Positions 9,531-21,355 of a DNA stretch of 64,000 nt are shown here, piece after piece. The notes beneath the pieces were generated by a model. The model ran no database searches and was not told where the DNA came from. It saw nothing but the letters and a program-made list of their open reading frames with translations. The position numbers and the translations under genes are program-made. Position 1 is the first letter of the stretch. Every line of letters starts with the position of its first letter. The DNA comes from Alphaproteobacteria bacterium (GTDB lineage Bacteria; Pseudomonadota; Alphaproteobacteria; UBA828): contig CAXXVO010000011.1 in NCBI GenBank assembly GCA_963422645.2, positions 32,001-96,000 of the forward strand. Direction: 5' to 3'.

Positions 9531-10931
9531 TCAGCACTCCGGCATGTTCACGGCGAGGCCGCCGAGGCTGGTTTCCTTGAACTTGGCGCTCATTTCCCGC
9601 CCGGTCTCGCGCATTGCCTCGATGCAGTTGTCGAGCGGCATGAAGTGGGTGCCGTCGCCCCTGAGCGCGAGCGAGGCGGCGGCGACGGCCTTGGTCGCGC
9701 CGATGCCGTTGCGCTCGATGCACGGCACCTGGACGAGGCCGGCGACGGGGTCGCAGGTCATGCCGAGATGGTGCTCGAGCGCGATCTCGGCCGCGTTTTC
9801 CACCTGAGCCGGCGTGCCGCCGAGCACTGCGCAGAGACCGGCGGCGGCCATGGCGGCGGCGGAGCCGACCTCAGCCTGGCAGCCGGCATCGGCGCCGGAG
9901 ATCGACGCGTTGGCCTTGATCAGGCCGCCGATCGCCGCGGCGGTGAGCAGGAATTCCCCGATCCGCTCCGTCTCGGCGCCAAAGCAATGGTCGAGGTAGT
10001 AGCGCAGCACGGCCGGGATCACGCCGGCGGCGCCGTTGGTGGGCGCGGTGACCACCTTGCCTCCGCCGGCGTTTTCTTCGTTGACCGCCATGGCGTAGAC
10101 GGTGAGCCAGTCGGAATAGACGTGCGGCTGGGCGCTGTTGGAGCCCTGCTCATCACAGAGCTGTTCGAAGAGCGCACCCGCCCGCCGCTTCACGCGCAGC
10201 CCGCCGGGGAGCTCGCCCTGGCCTGAGATCCCGCGATCGATGCAGGCGTCCATGGCACCCCAGAGCGCCGCGAGCCCGGCATCGACCTCGTCATCGGAGC
10301 GTGTGGCGCGCTCGTTCGCCAGCATCATCTCGGCGATGGAGTTGCCGCTTTCTTCCGCCATCCGCAGCATGGCCGCGGCGTTCTTGAAGGGGAAGGGGAC
10401 CTGCCCGTCCTGATCGTCTCCGGCGTCCTCCGCCCCCCGGGCGAGCTCTTCGGCCGTCACGATGAAGCCGCCGCCGATCGAATAGTAAATCTGGCTCAGA
10501 TAGCCCACGCCCTCGGCGTTGACTGCATGGAATTCCATGCCGTTGGGATGGCCCGGGAGCGGCGGGCCATAGTCGAAGAAGATGTGGTGGTGCGGATCGA
10601 ACACGATCGTGATGCCGCCGAGCGAAGGCAGAGTCTTGCTCCCCCTGAGGACCGCCACGTCAGCCTCGGCCTTGTCGATATCGATATCGCCGGCGCGGTG
10701 GCCGAGCAATCCGTACACGATCGCCCGATCCGTCGCATGGCCCCTGCCGGTGAAGGCCAGTGAGCCATGGAGCGAGACGTGAATTCGCAGCCATGAGTCG
10801 GGCGGCGGGTCCGTTGCGACCCGCTCCGCCAGCAGCGCGAGGAATGACTCGGCAGCCGCCATCGGCCCCATGGTGTGGGACGAGGACGGGCCGATCCCGA
10901 CCTTGAAGATTTCGAAGACGCTCAGGTGCAT
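9531..10931 (-). CDS. sdaA: L-serine ammonia-lyase (Fe-S)
   Basis: [47 protein letters not shown]. Confidence 0.95.
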   Translation of the reverse strand: MHLSVFEIFKVGIGPSSSHTMGPMAAAESFLALLAERVATDPPPDSWLRIHVSLHGSLAFTGRGHATDRAIVYGLLGHRAGDIDIDKAEADVAVLRGSKTLPSLGGITIVFDPHHHIFFDYGPPLPGHPNGMEFHAVNAEGVGYLSQIYYSIGGGFIVTAEELARGAEDAGDDQDGQVPFPFKNAAAMLRMAEESGNSIAEMMLANERATRSDDEVDAGLAALWGAMDACIDRGISGQGELPGGLRVKRRAGALFEQLCDEQGSNSAQPHVYSDWLTVYAMAVNEENAGGGKVVTAPTNGAAGVIPAVLRYYLDHCFGAETERIGEFLLTAAAIGGLIKANASISGADAGCQAEVGSAAAMAAAGLCAVLGGTPAQVENAAEIALEHHLGMTCDPVAGLVQVPCIERNGIGATKAVAAASLALRGDGTHFMPLDNCIEAMRETGREMSAKFKETSLGGLAVNMPEC

Positions 10932-11235
10932 CGTGACGATGCTCGCCGATTGGCAGGGTCCCGCTGGCTTGCAGGCGACCTTCTACCGTCAAGTGGCGAC
11001 GGCGGCGACCCGTTGCAAGACACCCATGCATGCCGCAGTCGCATGGGTGGGCCACCCACTCCTCATAGCGATCGGATCCCATAGTAATGTAATTGTCGGA
11101 TACGCGGGTGTCGGCGAAGATGCGGCGAGACCGGCGCCCGAGGGAGTCGAGACTGGCCCCTTCAGGCGCGCCGGCGCGAAGCAAGCGTCGCGCCGCGGCC
11201 AACACGGCACGCGGGCGGGACGCAGGAGGAGAGCC

Positions 11236-13227
11236 ATGCGGCGCATCGGAGTGGATGTCGGCGGTACCTTCACGGACCTGATTCTGGTCGACGAGACAGC
11301 AGGCGCGATCACGGTCGACAAGGTGCCGTCCACGCCTGACGATCCGGCGCGGGCGGTGATGACGGGCGTGGACGCGCTCTGCGGCAAGGCCGGTGTCAGC
11401 CTCGAGGCGGTGGACCTGCTGCTGCACGGCACCACGGTGGCGACCAACATTGCCATCGAGCACAAGGGCGCCGAGGTCGGCCTGATCACGACCGAAGGCT
11501 TCCGCGACATTCTCCACATCGCGCGCCACAAGAAGCCGCACAACTTCTCGCTACAGCAGGAGCTGCCGTGGCAGTCGCGGCCGCTGGTCAGGCGCCGCCA
11601 CCGGCTCACGGTCAAGGAGCGGGTCACCGCACCCAGGGGAGAGATCGTCGTGCCGCTGGACGAGGCGGAGGTGCGCGAGCGCGCACGGGCGCTGCGTGAG
11701 GCCGGCGTCGACGCCATCGCCGTCTGCCTGCTGCACGCCTACCTCAATCCGGCGCACGAGCAGCGCATCAAGCAGATCCTGCAGGAGGAGTGTCCCGACG
11801 CCTATCTCTCCGTCTCCAGCGAAGTGCTGCCGCTCTATCGCGAGTTCGAGCGCTTCTCGACCACCTGCCTCAATGCCTATGTCGGCCCCCGCGTCGGGAG
11901 CTACGTCGGGCGGCTGGAGTCCGGCTTGAAGGACGCGGGGCTCGCGCGCGGCGTCCGCCTCATGCAGTCCTCAGGCGGCATGACGACCGCAGACAGCGCA
12001 GTCGGCGGCCCGGTCAACCTGATGATGTCCGGGCCGGTGGCAGGGCTGATCGGCGGCATCTGGGCCGGCAAGATGGCCGGCTACGACAATGTGTTCACGC
12101 TCGACATCGGCGGCACTTCGGCAGACATCGGCGTGGCCGCCGACGGCGCGCTCAGGATGCGCCACCTGCTCGACACCAAGGTCGGGGACTATCAGGCGAT
12201 GATCCCGATGGTCGATATCGACACCATCGGCGCGGGCGGCGGCTCCATCGCCTATGTCGACGAGGGCGGCATCTACCGCGTGGGCCCGCAATCGGCCGGT
12301 GCCGATCCAGGCCCTGCCTGCTACGGACGGGGCGGAGCCGAGCCCACCTCCACCGATGCGCAGGTGGCGCTCGGCCGGCTCCGCACCGACCGCGGCCTGG
12401 TCGGCGGCAGCATGACCCTGCACGCGGACCTTGCCCAGGACGCGCTGCAAGGGCTCGCGGGCACGCTCGACATGTCGTTGGAGGAGACCGCGCTCGGCGC
12501 GCTCCAGATCCAGAAGTTCAGCATGGTGCAGGCCATCGAGCTCAACAGCGTGCGGCGCGGCTACGACCCGCGCGACTTCACCCTCGTCGCCGCGGGCGGC
12601 GCCGGCCCGCTCTTTGCCTGCGACATCGCGGTGGAGCTGGAGATCCCGAGGGTCCTGGTGCCGCCGCATCCCGGCATCCTCTCGGCCACCGGCCTGCTGG
12701 CCACCGACATGCAGCACGAGTTCGTCACCACCGAGCGCCAGCCGCTGGCGACGCTCGACCGCAACCATCTGGCCGAGCGCTTCGAGGAACTGACGAGCCA
12801 GGCGCTGGGGGGGCTGGAGGCCGACGGCGTACCCGAGGGCGACCGCCTGATCCGCCGCCTCGCCGACTGCCGCTATGCCGGCCAGGGCTACGAGGTCCGC
12901 TTCGACGCGCCGACGGGCGAGATCGACGACGCCTGGATCGAGGAGCTGGCCGAGCGCTTCCATCGCGCCCACGACGCCGAATACGGCCATCGCTTCGATG
13001 CCCCCGTCGAGATCATCAACATCCGCGCGGTCGCCATCGGCCGCATCCCGGACCTCGACTGGCCGGAGATCGAAAGCGGCGACGGCACGGCAACGCCACT
13101 CTTGCGCCAGCCGGTGGTGTTCGAGGTGGAAGGCAAGGGCGAGACCCACGAGACGCCCTTCTACGACCGCGCCGCGCTTTGCGCCGGGGACCGGATCGCG
13201 GGCCCCGCGATCGTCGAGCAATACGAT
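11236..13227 (+). pseudogene. 5' part (HyuA domain) of a fused hydantoinase/oxoprolinase gene, interrupted by insertion
   Basis: GVDVGGTFTD, HGTTVATN, SGPVAG, DIGGTSAD, GAGGGSIA; breaks at IVEQYD and continues in frame at 22391. Confidence 0.93.
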
Positions 13228-13859
13228 CAGACTTCCTGACCTCTGCTGATTTTAGGTGACACGAGCCGCGCGGATTCCGAGGCCCCGTCGATGTCGTAGA
13301 CTATGCGCAGACGGGTGCCGGGGAAGACCGTTTCGGTGGCGTTCAGGTCGCTCAGAACCGCATCGATCCAACGGTCGCAGGCGTCGTTTGCGAGGCCAAG
13401 AATGTGGACCCGCAGGAGGCCATTGCCAGGATCCGGCAGGATGTCGGCATCGGCGGTGAGCAGCGCTTGAAGCAGTTTCCGGGGATGGGGCTTGTGGCCC
13501 TGCGCCTGCATGACGGGAAGCATCATGCGGGTTTCGGCGCGGTAGGCGATCATCCGGATGACGTCGAGGAGGAGGCGCTCGCGCGCGGGCAAGGCATCGA
13601 GCTGCTCGGCTTCGTCGAGGTCGCCGGCCCGGCAGTGCTTGGGCGTCTCCCTGCGGCTGGCCCTGACGATGTCGCGGACATCCTGGAGGTCCCTGACTTC
13701 CCTCCTGAGTTCCGCCGTCGGCTGCTTCTTCCGGGCCGTGTCGGCGATGCGGTTGCGCAGGCGGCCAAGCTGGCGGTCGAGGCGATGGATTGCCTTGTCA
13801 TAGGCCCGCCGCAGCGGGTTGACGACCATGGCGGCGGGATCGAGAGGCTCGAGCTCGTG
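13227..13859 (-). pseudogene. C-terminal remnant of element A transposase
   Basis: DVIRMIAYRAE...DADILP...FPGTRLRIVY aligns with the C-terminus of the 37007-39289 transposase; frame cut at the TGT end at 13860. Confidence 0.88.
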
Positions 13860-13921
13860 TGTAGCCGGCCAGAAGTCTTTGCGAATCGCGGCCAGAAGTC
13901 TTTGCGAATGGCCTGGAAAAC
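13860..13921. mobile_element. Terminus of a TGT-ended Tn7/Tn5053/Mu-like transposon (continues after the IS66 at 16430-~16540)
   Basis: TGTAGC followed by tandem CGGCCAGAAGTCTTTGCGAAT x2; same motif as in 40306-40755; subterminal CTGGAAAAC..TGATTTTCGGGGC also shared. Confidence 0.72.
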
Positions 13922-14063
13922 GTAACTACCCAGGTACCCCAATCCTGAGTTGAGGACGGTGATTATGGCGGCGGCCGCGGCCTGGTTCTGCCACCGCGAT
14001 TGGTTCTTGACCTCATAGAGTTGCGGGACTATGGACTGCTCTCTCGCGTGACGGGAGCGGTCC

Positions 14064-14729
14064 ATGGGGTATTTCGGCTCGAAGGCGACAGCAGGTCTGT
14101 GCCAAGCGCTGATTGCGCTGATGCCGCCGCACTCCGTCTACATCGAAAGCCACCTTGGGGGCGGGGCGCTGATGAAGCGCAAGCCGCCGGCCGTGCGTTC
14201 GATCGGCATCGACCGCGATGCGCAGGCGCTCGAGGCCTTCGTCTGCGACTACCCGGTCGATCTGGTTCACGGCTGTGCCCATGACTTCCTGGCCTCGTTC
14301 CCGTTCCTGGGCCCGGAGCTGGTTTACAGCGATCCGCCCTATCTGCACGCGACCCGCCGCTCGGCGCAGCGCTACCGCTTCGAGTACGAGGAGGCCGGCC
14401 ACGTCGCGCTTCTCGCGCTGCTCAAGGCTCTGCCCTGCCAGGTCATGATCTCGGGCCATCCGTCGGCGCTCTATGACGAGGTGCTGGCGGGATGGCGCCG
14501 GCTGGCGCTGCAGGTCACGACCCAGGGTCTGGTGCGAACCGAGGTCGTCTGGTTCAACTACGCCCCCGACCGGATGCATTGGGCCAGCCACGCAGGCCGG
14601 AACTTCACCGACCGCCAGCGCATCAAGCGCAAGGCAGCCAACTGGGGCCGGCGCTACCAGGCCTTGCCGCCGGGCGAACGCCTCGCCGTGCTCGCCGCCA
14701 TGATGGCCGTCGAGGCCGAAGACACGTGA
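14064..14729 (+). CDS. Dam-like (D12 class) N6-adenine DNA methyltransferase
   Basis: YFGSK, IESHLGGGA (motif I), YSDPPY (motif IV), RTEVVWFNY. Confidence 0.85.
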   Translation: MGYFGSKATAGLCQALIALMPPHSVYIESHLGGGALMKRKPPAVRSIGIDRDAQALEAFVCDYPVDLVHGCAHDFLASFPFLGPELVYSDPPYLHATRRSAQRYRFEYEEAGHVALLALLKALPCQVMISGHPSALYDEVLAGWRRLALQVTTQGLVRTEVVWFNYAPDRMHWASHAGRNFTDRQRIKRKAANWGRRYQALPPGERLAVLAAMMAVEAEDT

Positions 14730-16264
14730 CGGTGTCGCACTGGCACGAAGACCTCGCCGCCCGTAACGAGGCCTTCTGCTGCCTGAAGGAGCTTCTCGAG
14801 CCATCATCCCTCGCAACCACTGTCGTCGTTGCCGTCCGGGAATGGGGGCAGGGGCTGCTGCGATCAGCCACCGCGCTCGCCCGGGAAAATGCCGCACTCG
14901 AGCAGGAGAACGCGGCCCTGCGCGAGCGCATCGCCGAACTCGAGCGCAGCGCGGCCCTCAACAGCACCACAAGCAGCAAGCCCCCCGCCAGCGACGGGCT
15001 CAAGAAGAAAAGCGGAGCCCAGAGGCGCACCCAAAGCCAGCGCGGAAAGTCCGGCGGGCCCAGTGGCGGCCAGCCCGGCCACAAGGGAACCACCCTCGCG
15101 CGGAGCGACAGCCCGGACCGTGTCGTCGATCACCACCCCTCCACCTGTTCCGGCTGTGGCGTCGAGCTCTCGGACGCCGACCGGCAAGGCGCGCCCGCCT
15201 GTCGGCAGGTCTTCGACGTACCCGAGCCGCAGCCTCTCGAGGTCACCGAACACCGCGCCCATCGCTGCCTCTGCGGCGCATGCGGCACGCTGACACGAGC
15301 CGCCTTCCCGCCGGGCGTCACCGCCCCGGTCCAGTACGGCCCTCGCATCACCGCTTGGGTGAGTTACCTGCTGTACGCCCAGTTCGTGCCCGAGAAGCGT
15401 CTGGCCGAACTCATGAGCGACATCTTCGCGGTGTCCATCTCCACTGCCACGATCGCCGCCATGGGCCGGCGCACAGCGCAGCGCTTCGAGGGCTTCCTCG
15501 ACCATGTCGCCGATCTGATCCGCACGCAGGCGCCGGTCAAGCACCTCGACGAGACCGGCCTGCGTATCGCCGCCCGTACCCGCTGGCTCCATGTGCTGTG
15601 CACCCCGTTGCTCACCGTCCTGCGCATCGGCGAGGGACGCGGCGATGTCGAAAAGAACCTGAAAGGCATCCTCGTCCACGACGACTTCGCCCCCTACTTC
15701 ACCATCAAGGGCGTCCGCCACGGCGCCTGCAACGCACATCACCTGCGCGAACTCCAGGCCCTGATCGACATCGAGAAGGAGGAATGGGCGGCGAGCATGC
15801 ACCGCCTGCTTCAGCGCGCGCGCAGGGCCGCCCGCTTCGCCCGTGAGAAAGACCGTCAAGTCCCCGCCTCCCTGGTGGCCCGCATCTCAAGGGCATGGGA
15901 CCGTATCCTCGAAGAAGCCATCGCCTTCCATGAGGCCCAACCGCCGCTCCAGATCGCAAAGCGAGGGCGAAAGAAACGCCGCATCGGCCACAACCTCGCG
16001 CGCCGCCTTCAAAAGCATAAGGAGGGCTGCCTGCGCTTCCTCACCGACCTGCGCACGCCGTTCACGAATAACGAGGCGGAGCGTGACATCCGTATGAACA
16101 AAGTGCATGAGAAGATCTCAGGCGGCTTCCGCTCCCTGCAAGGCGCCTGCAACTTCGCCGGAATGCGCAGCGTCATCGTCACCGCTCGAAAGCAAGGCTG
16201 GAACATCCTGCAAATCCTGGCGCACCCGGAACCGATGCAGCTGATCCCTATACTGCGCTCCTGA
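14726..16264 (+). CDS. IS66-family transposase
   Basis: NSTTSSKPPASD, GGQPGHKG, zinc ribbon CSGCG/CGACG, HLDETG, VHDDF, CNAHHLRE, FTNNEAERDIR; GTG overlaps the MTase stop (GTGA). Confidence 0.92.
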   Translation: MTVSHWHEDLAARNEAFCCLKELLEPSSLATTVVVAVREWGQGLLRSATALARENAALEQENAALRERIAELERSAALNSTTSSKPPASDGLKKKSGAQRRTQSQRGKSGGPSGGQPGHKGTTLARSDSPDRVVDHHPSTCSGCGVELSDADRQGAPACRQVFDVPEPQPLEVTEHRAHRCLCGACGTLTRAAFPPGVTAPVQYGPRITAWVSYLLYAQFVPEKRLAELMSDIFAVSISTATIAAMGRRTAQRFEGFLDHVADLIRTQAPVKHLDETGLRIAARTRWLHVLCTPLLTVLRIGEGRGDVEKNLKGILVHDDFAPYFTIKGVRHGACNAHHLRELQALIDIEKEEWAASMHRLLQRARRAARFAREKDRQVPASLVARISRAWDRILEEAIAFHEAQPPLQIAKRGRKKRRIGHNLARRLQKHKEGCLRFLTDLRTPFTNNEAERDIRMNKVHEKISGGFRSLQGACNFAGMRSVIVTARKQGWNILQILAHPEPMQLIPILRS

Positions 16265-16544
16265 ACTTCTCCGGCTCATCCTGAGTATCGCTGTCCTCTC
16301 ATCTTGTTCGCGACGCGGCGTTCATCATCCTCTCGCGCTCAAGAGAGTAGGCACCCCCGCGGCGTGGGGGCGTTGACGCAAAAGGAACTGGCTTGTTCCA
16401 TAAGAGAGAGGGGGTACCTGGGCAGTTACTGGAAAACAGGCTGATTTTCGGGGCTGATTCGGGCTGGAAAAACGGCCTCTGCATCGGCCATGCACGGGCC
16501 GTTCAGGGGCGCGGAATTCGGTGTGCACGGCCCCTGCAAGGGTT

Positions 16545-17087
16545 CTATTCCGCCTTCTCCTCCGCCTCGGGCGCGGGGGGCTGGGCGGGCCCGGCTTCGG
16601 GCGGGCGCCAGTGTCTGTCGTCGGCTGCGTCGAAGCGCTCGAGCGCGCCCGCGTCCATGGTTTCGATGCGCTTGCGGAGCGCGCGGCAGAGCCGGCGCAG
16701 GCGGTCGCGTTCGGCGTCCTGCTCCTCGGTGGCGGCGCCGCGCAGCCGCCGTCTGGCCTCGTGCTCCCAGCTCCTCGCCCCGTAGGCCTTCCGGATGCGG
16801 CGGGTTGCCTCCCGGTCGACCCCTTGCGCCCTTTCTTGCCGGAGGTCTTCGGCGGCGGCGCGCTCGCCCGCTTCGGCGATCATGGCCCATGCCGGCTTGG
16901 GGCTGGCGTCCGGGTCGGGGCCGTAGTCCGGCAGGCCGGGGATCGGGTTCCAGCCGTAGGCCTTCCATGTCGCCTCGTCGAACATCGTGTCGATGCCGCC
17001 GGGGAAGGAGCCCGGCAGGAAGCCGTGGGGCGGACGCAGGCCGTCGTGCGCCATGAGCCGGCGGATCGCGTCCTGGATGTCGATCAC
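16545..17087 (-). CDS. Hypothetical protein, possibly phage tail-fibre-associated
   Basis: Co-oriented, 4 bp after the oxygenase stop, GGAGGA RBS; SPKPAWAMI plus helical C-terminus ending DDRHW recalls tail-associated proteins (weak). Confidence 0.55.
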   Translation of the reverse strand: MIDIQDAIRRLMAHDGLRPPHGFLPGSFPGGIDTMFDEATWKAYGWNPIPGLPDYGPDPDASPKPAWAMIAEAGERAAAEDLRQERAQGVDREATRRIRKAYGARSWEHEARRRLRGAATEEQDAERDRLRRLCRALRKRIETMDAGALERFDAADDRHWRPPEAGPAQPPAPEAEEKAE

Positions 17088-17091
17088 CGTG

Positions 17092-17715
17092 TCATCCTCC
17101 GTCGGGCCGGGCGAGGGACGAGAACCTCTCTCCGTTCGACTGCGCCCACCATCGCACGAGCGAGCGGCGGATGCCGGCGGTGGCGGGTGCGACCCTGTGC
17201 CACCAGTCTGCGGGGAAGAGGACGAGCGATCCCGGCGGCGGGTCGATCCGTACGGGGCGGCGTTTCCGGCCCGGGTCCTGGAAGACCATGTCGCCGCCGG
17301 CTGCGGCGCGTTCGACGATGAGGCTTGCGGAGACGGTCCGGTCGAGGGTGTCGGGAACTCCCCGCCCTGCGTACTGGTCGACGTGCCAGAGGCAGGCCTG
17401 TCCTGCGAAGTAACAGTTGCAGACGGCGGGCGAGGGCGTGTCCGCGCGTGCGTTCAGCACCTCGCGGGCGTAGTTGCGGGCGAGGGCGTCCAGGGCGTCG
17501 GTGCAGTCTGCCGGGAGCATCCCGTCGGGCAGCCATGCCTCGTAGCAGTCGTCCGCGCCGGGGCCCCGGCGCGCGAGCGCGAGCCCGTTGACGGCTCGCT
17601 CGACCTCGGCCATTGCTCGAGGGCCGATGGCTGCGCGGACGACGCGAATGGGGGGGGTGGAACCCTCTCCGGGCTCGACCGGGGTTGATTCGCGGGGGTC
17701 TCTCACGCCGGGCAC
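17092..17715 (-). CDS. 2OG-Fe(II) oxygenase (prolyl-hydroxylase/PKHD-like)
   Basis: WHVD...RTVSASL...GGDMVF...GSLVLFP...HRVAP..AGIRRSLV = HxD...H...RxS; GGAGA RBS. Confidence 0.85.
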   Translation of the reverse strand: MPGVRDPRESTPVEPGEGSTPPIRVVRAAIGPRAMAEVERAVNGLALARRGPGADDCYEAWLPDGMLPADCTDALDALARNYAREVLNARADTPSPAVCNCYFAGQACLWHVDQYAGRGVPDTLDRTVSASLIVERAAAGGDMVFQDPGRKRRPVRIDPPPGSLVLFPADWWHRVAPATAGIRRSLVRWWAQSNGERFSSLARPDGG

Positions 17716-17865
17716 CGCCGTCGAATCTCCTAGGACGCCCGATGGGTGTAGGTGACCGACCAGGGGCCTCGTGATCCTGCGTCCATCGCCAGGGTCGTGA
17801 ATCTAGCGCGGACGTAGACCGCGCCGGAGAACGGCGCCTGCCATACTATATAGTGAATATTGGAT

Positions 17866-19190
17866 CACTAGTGTCCCAAGAAAATTGGAGAGACCCTTGT
17901 TAAGTTATTGACAAAGCGCGATTAAGCGCCATTTCGCGCTGTTACCGACTTGAAGTGGCCGGCGCGAGTGCCGAGGCTGGGTTCTCCGATCCAGAGGGAG
18001 CCCGGTCATGTCCACGGGACAACTTGTCTTCTCGCAGGTGATGGACCATCTGCCCCTGCATTCGTTCCGCAAATGCGTCGAACAATACGATGGTAATCGG
18101 TACGTCAAATCGTTCTCATGCCTGAGCCAGTTTTTCTGCATGGCCTTCGCACAATTGTCCTATCGAGAAAGCCTGCGCGACATCGAGATTTGTCTGCGTG
18201 CCCAGAATAACAAGCTTTATCACATGGGAATTCGGGGACCGGTCTCGCGCAACACTTTAGCGAACGCCAACGCGCAACGCGACTGGCGCATCTATGCCGA
18301 GTTCGCCCAGGAACTGATCGACATCGCACGCCCACTCTATGCCGGCGAGGACCTCGGTCTTCAACTCGACAATACCGTGTACGCTCTCGACGCGTCGACC
18401 ATCGATCTGTGCCTGTCGGTCTTCCCCTGGGCTCTGTTCCGCTCAACCAAGTCGGCCGTCAAGCTTCACACTCTCCTTGACTTGCAGGGCAGTATCCCGG
18501 CCTTCATTCACATCTCCGACGGCAAGCTCGGCGATGTGAATGTCCTGGACATCATCATTCCGGAGCCCGGCGCCTTCTACATCATGGATCGCGCCTACCT
18601 CGACTTCAAGCGCCTCAACGCCCTGGATATGGCGGGAAGCTTCTTCGTCATCCGCGCAAAGGCCAACACGAAATACCGGCGCCAATACTCCCGTACCGTC
18701 GACAAAGACGCCGGACTGCGTTGCGATCAAACCATCGTCCTGACCGGAAAGGCGAGCAAAAGCCGCTACCCAAAGCCGCTCCGCAGGGTCGGCTACAAGG
18801 ATACTGAAACCAACAAGACCTTCAACTTCCTGACCAACAACTTCGCTGTTCCGCCCCTCACCGTCGCAGAGCTCTACCGCTATCGCTGGCAGGTCGAACT
18901 CTTCTTCAAATGGATCAAGCAAAACCTCCGCATCAAGGCCTTCTTCGGCACCTCCGAAAATGCCGTAAAGACCCAAATCTGGATCGCAGTCTCCGTCTAC
19001 GTCCTGATTGCCATCATCAAGAAGAGGTTGAGACTCGATGCCAGCCTCTACACAATTCTACAGACCCTGAGCCTCACCCTGTTCGAAAAAATCCCGCTCA
19101 ATGCGCTACTTACGCATAAGGCACTCCCGGTGGGCCAGAGCCGCGAAGATAAGCAACTGATTCTATTGTAGTTTTAATGGGACACTAGTG
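17866..19190 (+). mobile_element. IS4-family insertion sequence
   Basis: TIR CACTAGTGTCCCA / TGGGACACTAGTG; 9-bp duplication ATATTGGAT at 17857-17865 and 19191-19199. Confidence 0.95.
18008..19171 (+). CDS. IS4-family transposase (DUF4372 + DDE)
   Basis: [41 protein letters not shown]. Confidence 0.95.
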   Translation: MSTGQLVFSQVMDHLPLHSFRKCVEQYDGNRYVKSFSCLSQFFCMAFAQLSYRESLRDIEICLRAQNNKLYHMGIRGPVSRNTLANANAQRDWRIYAEFAQELIDIARPLYAGEDLGLQLDNTVYALDASTIDLCLSVFPWALFRSTKSAVKLHTLLDLQGSIPAFIHISDGKLGDVNVLDIIIPEPGAFYIMDRAYLDFKRLNALDMAGSFFVIRAKANTKYRRQYSRTVDKDAGLRCDQTIVLTGKASKSRYPKPLRRVGYKDTETNKTFNFLTNNFAVPPLTVAELYRYRWQVELFFKWIKQNLRIKAFFGTSENAVKTQIWIAVSVYVLIAIIKKRLRLDASLYTILQTLSLTLFEKIPLNALLTHKALPVGQSREDKQLILL

Positions 19191-19346
19191 ATATTGGATA
19201 GGTATTTGTCGAAATGCCGCGTCGGCGACGAGAATAGCCTGCTCGAGGCGACCTCGAAGGTGACGTAGTGCTTGCCGGAGGTCCCATCCACGCGCAGGCC
19301 GGTATTAGTCGGCCTTCTCCGGTTGAACGTGGGCGCCGGGATCACG

Positions 19347-19516
<170 letters not shown>

Positions 19517-19840
19517 CTGGCCCGCTCCTGCCGGATCGGTCAGCCCCCAGACATAGTTCAACGTCCCGGAGCCGTGCCATTCGCCGCTATTATAGCCAAG
19601 CGAGAGCACCCCTCGGCTGAAGCTTGCCCGGCCAAGCGTGGGCGACCAGTTTGCATCGGCGCCGGTGACACCCTGCAGCTGCTTCCGCGCTGTGCTCAGC
19701 GCGGCCACCCGCACCGATACCTGTTGTTAAGCGTGGAAAAGTGACCCCCTATTGGGGGTGATCGGCGTCCAAAATTGACCCCCTTGGATTTGTGTCCATG
19801 AACACACCTCGTCGTTTGGACGGACGGGGTGGTGGGGGAG

Positions 19841-21355
19841 ATGCTGGTTGTGGAAACGATCGCGAAGATCCGTCGGGATCATCTGGTGAAGGGCGTTCCG
19901 ATCAAGAAGCTCGCCCGGGATTTGAGGGTTTCCAAGAACACGATACGCAAGGTGGTGCGGGGCGATGCGACCTCGCACAGCTACGAGCGCAAGATCCAGC
20001 CGATGCCGAAGCTTGGGCTGTGGGTGGAGGAGCTTGAGCGCCAGCTGAAGGCCAACGAGAAGAAGGCACGCAAGGATCGGCTGTCTCTTCTGCGGATTCA
20101 TGAAGACCTTGTGTCGCTGGGCTACAAGGGCGGCTATGACGCGGTTCGCCGCTATGCCAGGGCCTGGCGGCGCCGGTGGCGGCTGTTGTCGCCGGCGCAG
20201 GCCTATGTGCCGCTGATCTTCGATCCCGGCGAGGCCTACCAGTTCGACTGGAGCCACGAGTACGCGCGTCTGTCGGGCGCGACGACCAGGGTGAAGGCGG
20301 CGCACATGCGGCTGTGCCACAGCCGGATGTATCTGGTCCAGATCTTTCCCCGCGAGAGCCAGGAGATGGTCTTCGAGGCGCACGAGCGTGCCTTCCGCTT
20401 CTTCGGCGGGGTCTGCCGGCGGGGCATCTACGACAACATGAAGACGGCGGTGAGCACGATCTTCGTGGGCAAGAAGCGGGACTACAACCGCCGCTTCCAG
20501 GAGCTGTGCTCGCACCATCTGGTGGAGCCTGTGGCGTGCACGCCAGGGGCTGGCTGGGAGAAGGGGCAGGTCGAGAAGCAGGTGGGTGACCTTCGCGGCC
20601 GCCTGTTCGTGCCCATCCCGCGGGGCCGCTCCTACGCCGAGATCAACGAGTGGCTGATGGATCGGTGCATCGAGGACGCCAAGAAGCATCCGCATCCGAC
20701 AATCCCGGGCAAGACGGTGTGGCAGGTGTTCGAGGAGGAGCAGCCCTTCCTGATGGCGTATCGCGGCCCCTTCGACGGCTTCCATGCCAGCGAGGTGTCG
20801 GTCTCGAAGACCTGTCTGGTGCGCTTCGACAACAACCAGTACAGCGTCGCGGCCCGCGCCGTCGGCCGGCCGGTGGACGTGCGGGCCTATGCCGATCGGA
20901 TCGTCATCCGCCAGGACGGCGAGACCGTTGCCGAGCACCCCCGCAGCTTCGGGCGCGGCCGGTTCGTCTACGATCCGTGGCATTACGTGCCGATCCTGAC
21001 GCGGAAGCCCGGCGCGCTACGCAATGGCGCGCCCTTCAAGGACTGGCAGTTGCCCAACGCGCTCGGCCGCCTGCGAACCCGGCTCGCGGGCCACGACGAC
21101 GGCGACCGGCAGTTCGTCAAGGTGCTCGCGGCGGTGCTGGAGGACGGACTGGAGGCGGTTGAGGCGGCCTGTGCCGAGACGCTCGACTGCGGTGCCTGCA
21201 GCGCCGACGTGGTGCTCAACATCCTCGCCCGGCAGCGCCAGCCGGCACCGCCGGCAATCATCCCGACGCCCGAGGGCCTGCAGCTTCGCCACAAGCCGGT
21301 AGCCGACTGTCAGCGCTACGACAGCCTGAGGGAGGCCGGTCATGGAGCGTCATGA
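19841..21355 (+). CDS. istA: IS21 transposase IstA
   Basis: N-terminal [37 protein letters not shown]. Confidence 0.95.
   Translation: MLVVETIAKIRRDHLVKGVPIKKLARDLRVSKNTIRKVVRGDATSHSYERKIQPMPKLGLWVEELERQLKANEKKARKDRLSLLRIHEDLVSLGYKGGYDAVRRYARAWRRRWRLLSPAQAYVPLIFDPGEAYQFDWSHEYARLSGATTRVKAAHMRLCHSRMYLVQIFPRESQEMVFEAHERAFRFFGGVCRRGIYDNMKTAVSTIFVGKKRDYNRRFQELCSHHLVEPVACTPGAGWEKGQVEKQVGDLRGRLFVPIPRGRSYAEINEWLMDRCIEDAKKHPHPTIPGKTVWQVFEEEQPFLMAYRGPFDGFHASEVSVSKTCLVRFDNNQYSVAARAVGRPVDVRAYADRIVIRQDGETVAEHPRSFGRGRFVYDPWHYVPILTRKPGALRNGAPFKDWQLPNALGRLRTRLAGHDDGDRQFVKVLAAVLEDGLEAVEAACAETLDCGACSADVVLNILARQRQPAPPAIIPTPEGLQLRHKPVADCQRYDSLREAGHGAS

Larger units (their letters stand above)
13922..16429 (+). 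mobile_element. IS66-family element (no tnpA/tnpB helpers, ISBst12-like) with a methyltransferase passenger
   Basis: TIR GTAACTACCCAGGTACCCC / GGGGTACCTGGGCAGTTAC (1 mismatch in 19); 8-bp duplication TGGAAAAC at 13914-13921 and 16430-16437. Confidence 0.93.

Noticed and set aside
13866-13909. Tandem 21-bp repeat as a mini-CRISPR or iteron
   Set aside because: Two nearly adjacent copies next to a TGT terminus, with no spacer and no cas or rep gene; better explained as transposase-binding sites.
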